Assembly: GCF_018977255.1 (NCBI RefSeq)
Contig: NW_024704743.1
Coordinates: forward strand, 7,132,001-7,196,000
Length of the DNA stretch: 64,000 nt
Source: Callorhinchus milii
Lineage: Eukaryota
Direction of reading: 5' to 3'
Shown piece by piece: positions 36,250 through 49,529 of the stretch. Position 1 is the stretch's first letter, and every line of letters begins with the position of its first letter. The position numbers and the translations under genes were made by a program. A model generated the notes under the pieces. That model saw only the letters and a list, made by a program, of their open reading frames with translations, searched no databases and had not been told where the DNA came from.

Positions 36250-36545
36250 AATATAATAATAATCCTTGCACTTGATATAGCCCCTTTTCATGTTGGGAGG
36301 ACATCTCAAAGTGCTTCACAGAATATACTGTAAAGTCTGTGTATTTTGTAGATGAACATGCAATCAATTAGCATTCTGCAAAGTCCCACAAACAGCCATG
36401 AAAGGAACGACCAATTTTATCTGTTGGATTGTTGACCAGGACACTGAGAAAAATTCCCTTCATTTTCAAATTGTGCTATGTTATCTTTAAGGTCCACCTG
36501 AACAGGAAAACAAGGTTTTGGTTTAACATCTCAGCCAACGATATA
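36250..36545 (-). mobile_element. DeuSINE-like SINE
   Basis: aatccttgcacttgatatag..gaccaggacactg..tttaacatctca. Confidence 0.8.
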
Positions 36546-36589
36546 TCTACTGACCCCAAATTCTGGGATCCAAGCATTGTCAGTTTCTG

Positions 36590-36910
36590 GAGTACTGTAG
36601 CTCAGTGGTTAGAGCCCTCGCCTCGCAAGCAAGAGACCTGAGTTCGATTCCCGGCAGGTCAAAACCTTGCGCAAGTTTTCTTACTCCACATGCCTGATAA
36701 TAATCTCTCAAGAAAAAACAAACAAAACAATAATAAATCGGTCACTTCAATCCACGACTGTTTGTGGGACGGTGCTGTGCACAATTGGCTGCCGCATTTC
36801 GCCCACAAATGTACACTCAATTCACTTTACAGTATATTTTGTGAAGTGCTTTGAGACATCTAGAAGACGTGTAACGCGCTATAACAAAGGCAAGGATTAT
36901 TATTTATTAT
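36590..36910 (+). mobile_element. Second tRNA-SINE family copy
   Basis: tgtagctcagtggttagagc..gagttcgattccc..caagttttcttactccac. Confidence 0.85.
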
Positions 36911-36924
36911 TCTGACTTTTTTGT

Positions 36925-37830
36925 ACTGGAGTGGGCAGGTTGGCAGAGTTTTAGAAGATAGCAGAGGTAGGGTGGAGAAAGACTGTGGAGGGATTTAAAA
37001 GTGAGGACGAGGATCTTCAATTCAATCCTGTAGGGGAGCCATTGAAGCCGGGTAAGGAAGGGAGTGATAGATTCAGGGAGTGATAGCAACAAAAGCAACA
37101 ACCACTTACATTTATGTAGCACCCTTCATGTAGGATAACCACAAAGCTTACAACGCCAAGGTCAGCTGCCGAGTAGACGAGAGTGAAAGGGAGGTAACAA
37201 CAACAATAAATTAAATTTATATAACTCTGATTGGGACAATGTCTCAAAGAGTTGGACGGTCAAGGTTTTTCACCTGACTCTGGATTCAAGAGGGATGGGG
37301 AGCCAAGGAAGGTGAAGGTGGGAAAATGACTGAAGGTCTGATCAAACAGGAAGGTCTTGAGATGGACCTTGAAGGATGCAAGGGAAGGGGCAAGGCTTAG
37401 GAACTCCGGGATGGAGTTCCCAAAGGGTGAAGGCCCAACTGATATTGGTGAGACGGGCAGGACCTGGAATGTGAAGGAGGCCAATGCTAGTGGAGGAAGT
37501 GAGTGGGTTGGTAAGGTTCTAGAAGGTCATAGAGGTAGGGTAGAGCAGGACTGTGGGGTGCTTTAAAAGTGAGGATAAGGATCTTGAACTTGATCCTTTG
37601 GAGAATGAGGAGTCAATGTAGCCGGGTGAGGATGATAATAATAATTATCCTTGCATTTGATATAGCACCTCATCATATCTTCAAGACATCGCAAAGCACT
37701 TCACAGAATATACTGTAAAGTGAATTGAAGGATTTTATAGATGAGGGTGAGGAACTTGAAATGGACCAGCTGGGAGACAAGGGGCAGTGGAGCCTGGTGA
37801 GATCGGGGGTGATGGACATCTGGAGTTTTG
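36925..37830 (-). mobile_element. Cluster of old L2 3' fragments with a nested SINE tail
   Basis: ORFs LQWLPYRIELKILVLTFKSLH and FKVHLKTFLFDQ on - strand. Confidence 0.7.
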
Positions 37831-37994
37831 TGGTGGGTAAAGATGGCCTCGTGTTCAGTGGAAACAGTCAATGTAAATAGTTACCAGTTGACAGTTAGCG
37901 ATAGCAGAGGATCTGAAGTGAGACCAATGGTTCAACAGAGGATTGGAATGTGAGCGGGACTACAGAAGGTACGGTGTATGTACAAAATGGGGTT

Positions 37995-38230
37995 AAAATT
38001 GGTTGTTAATCGATTGGCCGATCACTTTACGGGGATAATAATCCCTACAAACCAGCTCAACAACAACAACAACAAGATTCCATTTATAGAGCGCCTTTCA
38101 TGTCGGGAGGACTGTGTGCAATTATTGACTGCCGTGTTTTGCCCAGAAAATACACCGTTAATTCACATTACAGTATATTCTGTGAAGCATTTTGAGACAT
38201 CTACATCAAGTGCAAGCATTATTATTATTA
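37995..38230 (+). mobile_element. Second-family SINE 3' part with nested young L2 tail (~38058-38111, - strand)
   Basis: ggttgttaatcgattggc..ggggataataatcc; (CAA)n gattccatttatagagcgcc. Confidence 0.75.
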
Positions 38231-40339
38231 TACCACGAAATAGGGCTAACATAAGATAATTCAATACTACTTCTACAATTGAAATGACATTGCAGCATAG
38301 TCTATGTTAAAAAGCCCCAGAGAGCTAAGCTGTTAAAATAATGTCAAAATACAATGTAGTGATGACAGCCATAGTAATTGTGCATGGATAGAGGCAGTGG
38401 CGAAATGCTATCGTGCCTGTGCAGTGTTAATACAAGGATATTGTACACAGGGAATTGTGTTTTAAATGTCAAGCTATTAGGCGATCAGGAGAGTTAACAA
38501 TACATCACTCTGATCATGTGTTTGCCTTCAATCTGACATTAAGCAGCGCTACATTTCTTAGGCGGATGGTCAAGCCCGGTTATCTAAAGGCATTCGATTC
38601 TTTTGTCTGCAGATCTTTGCGAAACTAATCAGCTTCACGCACCCGACATCCAGAGAGTGAAAAAAAAGAGCTGAAGAGGCAGCCTAATATCCTGGAGCAT
38701 TGATCAGCCTTTTTCTGGAGCCTGACCAAAGCCCAATAACTGCACAGCACAGATAGCAGGGTGGAGACTGTCCGGCTGCAAGGGCTCAGTGTGCATCATA
38801 CTCAAATGATTAAGGCATATCAGACGCCCTCGCTGGAGTCAGTGGCTCGTCCTTCAGTCTCTGAGTCCTCTTGTCTTGCCTCCCAGCAAGGCAAATGCAC
38901 AGCCAAAAAGGCACTCAGCTGAGCCACTTAATATTGCTCCTGCTGCTTTGCTGATTTTCCTGATCAATAGCAGGCTTTCTGCTCTACTTTCCCAAAGAGC
39001 CGGGGAGTCCAGTTGGCTGTATTGAATAATTAGAATTAAACTGACTGTATAATACCTTAACTTTTTCTGATGCTCCACTAGTCCATTTCCGCAGCTATAG
39101 TTCCAGCTCCATTTAGAAATAAATGCACAGGCTGATAATTTCAGACAAAGCAAAGTGTGAAGCAAAAACATTGCAATTAATTCTTACTATAGATACAATT
39201 TCATTGCGTCCTATCCAAGGTTTTGTAGAGTCCTGGCTGTAATAATAATAATAATAATTTGATATCGTGCCTTATCACGTCTTCGAGACGTTTCAAAGGG
39301 CGAAACGCACCAGCCAATTGCGCACAGCAGAATTGTTACCATCAGAATGTCTAATCATACCAGTCCGATCTTCCTTCAGAACGTCCTTAAAATGCTAACA
39401 ATGGCAATCTGTTCATTGAAGGTTCAGTTTCTGAATTCTAACGGAATAATACTGAGATCATTGGCTGCTTTGCTCTGGGTAAGTGAAACCACTGGCTACA
39501 TAACTGGAAAAGGGATACTGTTGCTTCAGAAATTCTCAAGGGTGAGGGCTGGCCCAAACCCTTAGTCAGGGTCTGCGGCAAGTCAGAAGACCAAACACCA
39601 AGACCCTGTGCCCATGCTTAATATTTTACAGGCAGGCTAATTTGGTCACACAATCCACAACTGTTTGTGGGACACTGCTGTGCACAATTGGCTGCTGCAT
39701 TCACCCATAAAATATACAGTTAATTCACTTTACAGTACAACAACAACTTGCACTTATATTGTGCCCTCCACACAGGGTAGTGTCTCAGAACGCTTAACAG
39801 TGGCGGAGCCTGAATACATCCTGTGAATATCCTGTGAAGCACCTTGAGACGTCTCTAACATACAAACTCTGCCATGTTTTTAAAGTCTTTGCTGACATGT
39901 CTATCAGGAATCTAAAATGATTTTGTTCCTCCTGTGATACTTTCTGCCTTTCGCTTTAAGTTTATTCTCAGTTTATTCTCACGGGAGTGAGGATTGACCA
40001 AGCTAAAAGCCATCTTATCTCATGCCATTTCTTAGTATTATTATTATTAAATGTTGAGTCAAGCTGACATCTAAAACTTTGCACAAGCTTCTATTTAAAA
40101 AAAGATATGGGTGTTTGAAAGTACAACGCAGGCTCACATTCCATTGATGCTTCACAGGAGGCAAGGAATAAGCTTGAGAGTTTAACCCTTTACTTCTTTA
40201 TTGGACAATAAAGGTTTTTACTGAGTCTAAATCTCCAGCCTTGTACCTAATTTTACTAAATTCTTTTGTGACTTACTCTGGCTTTGATCCTGACTGAGCT
40301 GCATGAAATGACAGGACTGGACTTGTTTGGATGCAAAAC

Positions 40340-41010
40340 CCTTCAGAGAGAGTGCAGCATAGATTTACTCGTATGTTACCGGGGTTAAGTGGACACAGTT
40401 ATCAAGAAAGATTGGAAGGTTGTAGCTTTTTCTTCTGTGAAAACGAGAAGAGACTGATAGAAGTGTTTACATTGATGAATGTTTGTGATAAGGTTATAGG
40501 CTGTTTCCACTTCAAAACACGGGGGCATACATATATGAGATAGACAGCAGCAGATCTAAAAGGCAGTTTAGGAGAGATTTCTTTACAAAGGGGATGATGA
40601 GATTGAAAGGGGAGTTTCTCCCAGTGTCCTGGCCAACAATCTCCCAGATAAAATTGGTCATTCACTTCATGGTTGTTTATGGGACATTGCTGGGCACAAA
40701 TTGGCAGTTACTTTTGCTTACAAAACACACTCCAATTTACAGTAAATCCTGTGAAGCATTTGTGACATCTTCCCAACGTTAAATGCACTGTATTAATTAT
40801 TATTATTATTATTAATATGGAACTCACACCTGGAAGCTGTGGTTGAAGCAAAAAGCATTACAGTATTTAAGATGAAACTTGATTCGTACATGAGGTAGGA
40901 GGGAATAGAGAGGTATTGTTGGGGGATTAGGATGGGTGGAGAATAAACACCAGCCCAGAATAGTTGGGCCAAAGGGCCTGTTTCAGTGCTGTAACGTTCT
41001 ATATATTTCC
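40340..41010 (+). mobile_element. CR1 ORF2 end and 3' UTR, interrupted by a SINE (~40600-40815)
   Basis: ERVQHRFTRMLPGLSGHSYQERLE..TRGH; resumes tatggaactc..gggccaaagggcctgtttcagtgctgtaa. Confidence 0.85.
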
Positions 41011-41581
41011 GTGTAACTTTATACGATTTGGTAAAGGCACAAGCTTTGGGTGACGATTCAGGCTGAACACACAGCAAATACTTCACATCCCGACATGCAA
41101 ACATGCCTGGAACATGAACTCGGATAGATTATTTAACCTGATGATCCCAGGATTACATACAACTTTTTCCCTCTGTTTATAACATGTACTGGGGAGAAAC
41201 GTTGCAGCATGTGATGCGATAACTATCACAAGGTGCAGAATTTCAGGTCCTATCTTGGCTAACGGTCCCATCTGAAAAATACACCGTGGCTAAGGGGGAG
41301 ATTTCACACTTCTTCGCCTGACAATAGGTTAAGAATATTTCTGCAACTGAAAAAACCTGAAGTTATAAAACTGCCCTAATGGCTACAATCTTTAAAAAAA
41401 ACTCTTGTAACTTTAAATTAAAGATGATGGCAATAGACTCCTGAAATGAGCTGCAGCTAGAACACATTTTACAGAACGCTTCAGCCCATCTGGTTGTTAT
41501 AAACTGGACAAAAAAAAGCCACAGATTTTGTGTGATGTGTGATAATTAATACTGATGATAATTATCACATCACATACCGCA

Positions 41582-41790
41582 ATTTTACATAGGATTTCCA
41601 GCAATGAAACATACCATTCGGCCCAACTAGTTTGTGCCAGTGTTTATAACAAGGCCCTCTTATACTCCTCTATTCCCTTCTCTAATCATGTATGCATGAA
41701 GTTTTCTCTTTAATACATTGATACATTGATGCTGGTTGCTTCAACCACAACTTCCAGCAATGAGTTCCACATTCTCAACACCCTCTGTGT
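41582..41790 (-). mobile_element. CR1 3' end
   Basis: ccattcggcccaac..gcttcaaccac..gagttccacattctcaacaccctctgtgt. Confidence 0.75.
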
Positions 41791-42731
41791 ATTAGGATTA
41801 TAATAAAAAATAATCCTTGCATTTGTTATAGCGCTTTTCAAGTCTTCTAGAGATTATGAAATGCAGTGCGGTTGCTTTGCGAATCGGAGTCTTTAAGTCC
41901 TACCTCAAATCCTACCACTTCAAACGGGTCCATACCCCCTCTCCGTCTCATTTGCTCTGCATCCAACCCCATCCCTGTAAAGCACTCTGAGACAATACCC
42001 CAAGTGAAGGGCGTTATATAAACGCATTGTGGTTGTGAATTTGGGCGCTTTTGTCTTGGAGCTCAGTGAGAGGCTTGCGGATACTTGTGCAGCATTTCTT
42101 TGTTTTATCTACTGTATATTGGATAACCACATGTAAAAATCAAACAGAATTTGTAACTTTTGTAATAAAAGGAGCCAGAAGCTGCCTTTTACATAACAGT
42201 ACATCGTAGTAAGTGAGTGACAGTGACAGTTAGAACAGTCTACTCAGGGAATTTGGGAGGGAGTGTCGAAGTCTTTGATATAAATCCAGTCAGTATCAGA
42301 TTCGCAAAGCAAACGCACAGCACTTCATAATCTCCCACCACCCTCAGGCCAAGCGCAGGAGCATCAACAAACAGGAGCATCACCTGTATTTTGTTGGGAC
42401 TAACATGATGCTTCCTTGATTTAAAGGAAAGATGAAATGCTGGAAGGAGGGAGTTCCGGAGATTAGGGGTGTAGGAATTGAGGGTTCAGCCACTGATGAA
42501 CTTCAACGTGACATGAAGCGCTTTGAATCATTGGGTTGATGTCAAGCCTATCTGTCAAGTACAAGGATTATTTTTACAATAAAACACAATCAACAATATT
42601 CCAAATTTAATTCCAAGATTTAGTGCTAATTCTACACGCAGATGAGCCTCTAATCTCAATCCAGGTCTATTCTGCACCAATTTAATTCTGTTGAAACCAA
42701 TGCTAAAAGTACCAGACTTGCACCTTAGGGA

Positions 42732-43040
42732 TGTAAGAGCATAAGAGTTGCGAGACGAAAGAAGACCAAAGTCCATCCAGTTCGTCTTCCACCATCCTGG
42801 CAGTCTCATGCATATGTTGTGTCCCGAACGATATACTGTATCCCAAGGTATTATTTACCCGCAGAAATCTATCTAATTTGTCAAAGTAGTGGTGCAACAC
42901 ATTGGTGCTACAGAATACTGAGTGAGGGAGTGAAAATCTTATTTTAGGCAGGCGTGTGTCTGACAAGTACGCAAACCCACCATCACGCTTAACAGCATCC
43001 AAAGAATTCCACATATGTATGCCACCTATACATAGAAATG
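42732..43040 (-). mobile_element. CR1-type 3' end (second tail type)
   Basis: gtccatccagttcgtcttccaccatcctggc; ORF with IHMWNSL..KLDRFL. Confidence 0.65.
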
Positions 43041-43309
43041 TCTGTGTGCCTGGAATGAAATGTGCACTCTCTTCCTGGAGGGATTCGCCCACAAATATAC
43101 AGTCAATTCATTTTACAGCATATTCTGTGAAGCGCTTTGAGACATCTAGAAAACGTGAAAAGCGCTATATCAAATGCAAGGATTATTATTATTATTATTA
43201 TTATGCACCCTGCTGACCTATTACCAGAGAATACTAAGTGCAGGATGGGAAGAGTGTGTGTTGGGATACTACTGGAGTTTAAACCAGCTAAAACCACATA
43301 GCTTGTCAT

Positions 43310-43560
43310 TGAGTGCACTGTCTGGCAAGCTTTCCCACTGCTTGTCCACTCAGGGCCATTGTACCTGTTATGGCTTTCATTTGTAGGCTTAAAGCGATTT
43401 GAGTGGGAAGAATCCTTGCGAGTAGTGTACCTCTGTAAGTCCTGCCATCGAGCCAGGCTGGCCTCTTTATCACCAACAGTGCCGTGCGGTACTGTAGACC
43501 CGCCTGACTTGGGAAGTGGAATACTGAGACCGCCACAGAGGTTTGACTCAATTCTGACAT
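43310..43560 (-). mobile_element. LF-SINE-like ancient SINE relic
   Basis: Antisense blocks TGGCGGTCTCAGT..CCACTTCC, GGCACTGTTGG..AGAGGCC, GCAGTGGGAAAGCTTGC in the order of the recalled LF-SINE consensus. Confidence 0.5.
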
Positions 43561-45704
43561 TCCATTGCCAAGCATGTCACCTTGGAGCCAGTTCAGCTCT
43601 GAGGAGACCCCCGTTTACCTCCCCCACTAGGACGATGAAAGAATGAAGGATCAAGTGTCTCCTCATACAATAGACCCCGTGATGTTTTGCAATGTTCTGG
43701 AACTGTTCAACATCCCAAGACTTTTGAGTCATTTGGACAGATCCAGAATGTTACAGGAAGTCAACGGGCCTGGGAATTTCCACATAACTAAAGCTGCCAT
43801 TGTCAAACGTCTGTAACAAATGTAATTTGGCTGTGCAGTACAATTGCTTATTGTTTTGTAAAATCCTACATAGCAGAACTAAATTTGGAGAATGTCAATG
43901 TAATCCAACAGTGAAAGTCTACACGTGCAGTGAAGGGAGAGGAATGTAAGTGAAGTAAAGATGTTTTATATGGTACCATGGATATATCACTGCTTCCTGT
44001 TCTTAAAGTAATACGGATGCCTGATAACAATGTGTCCAGCTGAGCTGGAAGGGGTTCCTTGACTTGAAGCAACTCAGGGCTCCATCAATACCCCAGCACT
44101 ACATTGGAGTGTCAGCCTAGACTATGTGAATTGAAGATCCTGAAGTGGGGCTGTTGACTTAGAGGTGAAAGAGCTACCAACTCAGCCGGCTGACGTCTCT
44201 GTGGGGTATGAGGGGAGACGAGGATGGGGAGATTAGGATAGTTGGAGGTTCATTGTGGAGTACGAACACCAGCACAGACTAGTTGGGCCAAATAGTCTGT
44301 TTCAGTGCTGGAAATTCTGTTATTTTATGTCTAACCTTCAGGGAAGAGGTAAGAAAATTAAGTGGGGAAAAGAATCAATTATGTCATTGCATTTTGTTCA
44401 ACTAACCAACATTCAAATAGTCGCATGTGTTAATCATGACAGAAAACTGCTGGAATATATTAAAAAATTACTGATCCCTCTACTTGTCAGTTTGTAAAAT
44501 TGGCATATTACTGGTGAACCCTGGGTTAAGGGATCAATATACTTTTATTCATTAAGTTTTGAAATGAGAACACTGTATAATGTACGCTCAATTCTCTGGG
44601 GTATACTAATTGTAAATGTATTGATTTATTTATTTAAGAGTTGCTCTTTTGGTCTCCTAACCCAGCTGATCCCATCTCCCCTCAGATTAGCTCCAGTGAC
44701 AGTCTCAGTGGTCAGGTCTGTCGATGTATTGAAGTCTAGCTGGAGATTGAGACAGGCCCACAGTGGTTCACGATGCCGTCTGCCCACATTTAAAAGCATT
44801 GCCCCTAACAGAGTATGATTTAAACAATTCTAGGCTCCAGATTTCACCTCGTTTTAGCCTGTAATACTATTTGTCTTAAAATTTAAATTCCCGTGGAATT
44901 GTGGGAAAATTCATAAATCCAGCATTTATAATAAAAATATTAATAACGCTTTGCACGGCCGGAGGATGTTTCAAAGCGCTTCACAAGTTGTACTGTAAAG
45001 TAGCTCGACTGTATTTTGTAGGCAAACACTTCTTAATTTGGGAAACAGTTCTTTTTAGGAAATTTTAAGACTGAATTTAAGAACGTTCCACCATTCTGAG
45101 CAATCTTACATTTTAAAACAAAATGGACTTACAAGCAAAGACTGGGTGGAATTTCTGTCCCACTACGTTTTAACTTATCCACAGTTTAATCAACAGATTT
45201 GCTGGAGGTAAAATCTAATCCTGACAATTCTAGCGTCCACAATCGATGGAAACCTTTCATTTTAAGTTTTGCCCCGTTTGCCTGAGGTGTGTTTCAGAAT
45301 TAGAGAATAACAAATGTGGAACATGCTCAATGACAGTAACTTGAGAAATGCTGCAGGCATAGAAGGTAGCAGATGAGTAATATGTTGGAGGAAATAGAGC
45401 ATGGTTACATTATACATGAGAGTTCAGAAACAAAAGGGTTTAATTTGAGATAATTCTTAGTGGATTCCTTAATGAAGAATACAGCAACGCACTCAATGAG
45501 GAATCCCATTAGAATTCCCATTGATCTGTGGGAACTCTGTTCCGAAAAAAGGCTGCATTGGAGCGGAGTTGTCGATGTTAGCGTGATGTACTTCTGGTTA
45601 CTGGACTGACTCCACTGTAGCACGACTTGGGTGCATTTTGCCAGTGGACGGACCTGTGCCCAAGCATGAGAAGAAATTGAGGAGGAATTTGTCCTCATGA
45701 GAAT

Positions 45705-45965
45705 AATAATGATTCTTCCATTTGATATAGCACCTTTACATTTCATTGAGAAGTCTCAAAGGGCTTCACAGAATGTATTGCAAATTGGATTGTCTGTGTA
45801 TTTTGTGGGCAAAATGCGGCAGCCAATTGCACACAGCAACGTTCCGAAAATGGTCATGCAGTGAACTACCTAATTTTTTTTTGTTGTTTGTGGGGGTGGG
45901 AATATTACCCCCGGCAAGCGATTCTCCAATCAACTAACAACCGGGTTCCCTTTTACTGCTCACTA
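45705..45965 (-). mobile_element. Second tRNA-SINE family 3' part
   Basis: attacccccggcaagcgattc..ctaacaaccgggttcc antisense. Confidence 0.8.
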
Positions 45966-47369
45966 AACATCGGAGGTTCTCAAGTTTAAATGTATTCGCG
46001 GCTTTGCCCAGCCACTGCAACCTCCGGGAACGTTAATCCACCCAGCGAACACCATATTGCTTCAATATTCTCTTCATATTCCCGACCTGTCCCAGCATCA
46101 GCAGTTTTCAGCCAATCTACCCCGATCTGTGGAATGCCATCCCCTGGGGTCACTCTGCCTCCCTCCTCTTTCTCCACCTTTATCACCTTTCTTTTCAACC
46201 AATCTTTTAGTCAACTTTCCTCCCTGGCACCCACCTCCTTCCTCAGTTCCCCCTAACCCCACTCCCAGCATGGGCTCTGTGAAGCACTATGAATTGTCCT
46301 CCTGACATGAAAGTTGCTATATAAATGTATAATTGTTGCTGTTGTCATCACTCACACTTTTGCAGCTAAAATCAGAGCAAGCAGTGCAACCCGGATTGAT
46401 TCTTTTCTTCCCGTTTTTTACCCGCTCTATTAGACCATTTCCTGTAAATTGGAAACACAGCAACCTTCAAGCCCAACCATTGTGTCAGAGCCTGGAAGGG
46501 AGTTTGGTGTTCAGACCTGAAACCGGTAGATAATTATTGACCAAAATTCTGCTTTAACATTGCATTTTTCACCCCACTAAGCTGTGTGCATATGGAGTTT
46601 CTATCTGGATATTCTCACTACAAAGCTCAAGCATGGCTGGCCCCTTCCTGTTGTGATAGGTATCAAGTTAATGGCTCCAAGGCATTCCTGGGAACTTGTG
46701 ACATTTGTATATCTTCCTGCATTTATTTAAATTGTCTTGTTCTAATGCTCACTGTGAAGAATCTACCTTCTGTAATTTATGCTGCACATAATGGAGAATG
46801 CAAAGGGATTTCCATATGCCACAATAAGAACATTGGTAAATGTAAAAGTACCCAAATATTCTTACAACGAAAAATAATCTATAGAATAGCATTTTGGCTC
46901 AACCCATCCATCTTTATTATAAACATTGAGGAGAGATTACGGAGCAGAAATATGATCTATTTGAAGAAAGCATACACAATATTTTGGGAAATGTCCTGTG
47001 CCGAAAGGAATGCTATGTATACGCTATTTGTTCTAATTTATAAATACGGCTTGTGTAAGCAGAGAAAAAGTGATACATTCTCTGAATAATTTATGTTGCA
47101 AATTCTTGGCAAGTCAACTGCCACTACAATACAAGTTTAATATTCTTCATAAATGAACTCCCATAAAATGACTTCTGTAATTCAGTACAGTAACCCATTC
47201 ATAGTCCTGTGAGCAAGTGGGGAGGGGGAGGGGTGGGGGCTGGTCAAGGAACAGGTAATTAAACTACTGGAAGTTGGTGAGAGTTCAATGGTACATGCAG
47301 ACATATCCATTTTTATTAGTTCTAGCACAAATCTAAGCTGAAATTTCAGTTGGCTTTATGCATAGGTGT

Positions 47370-47815
47370 TAGTCTGCTCAGTTGCTAGCACTCTCAAATC
47401 TGAGTCAGAAGGTTGTGGATTTCAGCCCCATGTCGGGACTTTGAACTTGTATCCTGAGCCTCATTGCTGTTGACATTTCAATACAGTGTTGGGGCCATAC
47501 TGTTTTGCTGGAGGTGCCTTCCTTAAACTGTCTGCCTGTTCAGGTGAACCCTAAAGATCCCATGAATCCTTGTTAAGTAAAGATAATTTTTTCCGCTGTC
47601 CAGACCAACAATCTCCCTAATAAAATAAATGAGTCATTTACTTCAAGGCTGTCGGGGGGGGGGGGGGGGGGGGCAGGGGGGCACATTGCTGTGTGCAAAT
47701 TGGCTGTAGCATCACCTACAAAATACACAGTCACTAAACTTCACTGTATTTCCAGTGAAGCATTTAGTGAATGTGAAAGGCACTATATCAAACGTGAAAA
47801 TTATTATTATTATTA
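47370..47815 (+). mobile_element. DeuSINE-like SINE, full length, with internal poly-G (47654-47673)
   Basis: gctcagttgctagcactctc..tgagtcagaaggttgtgg head; aaagatcccatg; (ATT)n. Confidence 0.85.
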
Positions 47816-48729
47816 GAGTACCTTTGGTGATGGGCAACATTGAAATCCCATTTATGTCTGTCATCCCCAGAATCATAACACTGGCTGTAATTTCAGCCTG
47901 CTCATTCCATGGTTTCATGTATTTTATTAACAGCTGACTGATAGTCAGCTGTTAATAAAGCACAAGGCAAGCCTGAGAACTGATTTAAATGTTCTAATTG
48001 ATCTGCAGAGAAGTTCCATCCATCATGCTGGAATATCCTCAATGGGTTTGAGTAGTCTATTCACCCTGCTCCTGCGATGAATTATTATAAAGTACTTGTG
48101 TTGCTTTACTGCATTAATGAAGGCACCCTGCTGATCGTGAGCAATGCTAACAGTTTGAGAAATCCTAGAAATCTCTTGTTTTATGTGTAGGCCCATTATT
48201 TTAATCAGAAACGATTCATGTACTATATATTATTATTATAATAGATAAATGCAATATCAATTACATAATAATAATCATAATCCTTGCATTTGGTAAGTGT
48301 GCCTTATCACATTGTCAAGACATCTCAAAGTGCTTCACATAATAGCAGTAGATACTGCAAAGTAGATTGACTGTGTATTTTGTGGACATGGTTTAATATT
48401 AACAATATTAAATAATATTAAACAATGTTGTCACCTTCACCTACACCTTAAAATTATGAACCTTTACAGCAATTGTAGGTGTCTTTCTATCTATGCATGG
48501 GGTATATGGAAAAGGCAGGTAAATGGAACTGAAAGGACTGCTCTTTAAAAGAGGCAGCACAGACATGATGGTGCTATGCAAAGTTATGTATTATTATGTA
48601 GTATCACGCATGAATGTGATTGAGACTCTGACCTGGCCAACAACGTATTTTTACTGGCACCTAATATAATGCTGTGTGTGTAAGTTTACTGCGTTTGAAA
48701 AGAAAGGATTATGTCACGACAGGATTACT

Positions 48730-48940
48730 ACTTTAAAAGAGAAGCGAGTTTCTCCCAGTGTCCCAGCCCAAAATCCTCCAGATAAAATTGATTATTCACT
48801 TCATGGCTGTTTGTGAGACATTGGCCTCTGGCTTTCACCTACAAAAATATACAGTGTCTCCACTTCACAGTGAATCCTTTGAAGACATCCTCCTGATGTG
48901 AAAGGCGCAATGTTCAATGTAAGGATTATTATTTTTATTA
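48730..48940 (+). mobile_element. SINE 3' portion
   Basis: gagtttctcccagtgtccc..gatgtgaaaggcgc. Confidence 0.75.
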
Positions 48941-48999
48941 TATGAACAATACATTTTTTTTATAGACTTGCTTTTTTTTATGTGCATTGAAATGAATAC

Positions 49000-49432
49000 A
49001 ACAACGCCACCACCAACAAAATTACATGTGTAAAGCACCTTTCATGTCGGGAGGACGTCCCAAGGCGCTGGACAGTCAGTGTTTTGCACCCGAGCTGGGG
49101 GTCGGGGTCGGGGAGGGTGGAGGACGGGGGGGAAGCAGGGAGATCGAAAGCATGGTCGAAGAGAAAGGTCTTGAGATGGGTCTTGAAGGTGGCAAGGGAG
49201 GGGGCAGGCGGAAGGACTGTGGGATGGAGTTCCAGAGGGTGGGGGCAACATGGCCGGGGCAGGCGAGGCGGGGGAAGTGAAGCAGGCCAGAGCCCGCTGA
49301 GCGGAGGGAGCAGGCAGGTTGATAGGGGGTTAGGAGGTCTCGGGGGTTGGGGGGAATGAGGCCATGGAGGGCTTTGAAGGTGAGGACCAAGATCTTGAAC
49401 TGTAACCTCTGTGTGATGGGAAGCCAGTGGAA
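49000..49432 (-). mobile_element. L2 3' end
   Basis: ORF 49076-49525: HWLPITQRLQFKILVLTFKALHGL..APTLWNSIP. Confidence 0.9.
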
Positions 49433-49529
49433 TATATTTGATATTACAGTATTTAAAGATTGCTTCTGTAGTTTTGTGATAGTTTTTGAGCTTACAATGA
49501 GAACAACCATTATTCCCCCACTCATTTCA

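Noticed and set aside
46586..47089. 167-aa ORF
   Set aside because: AT-rich, non-ATG start, random-like composition, no motif
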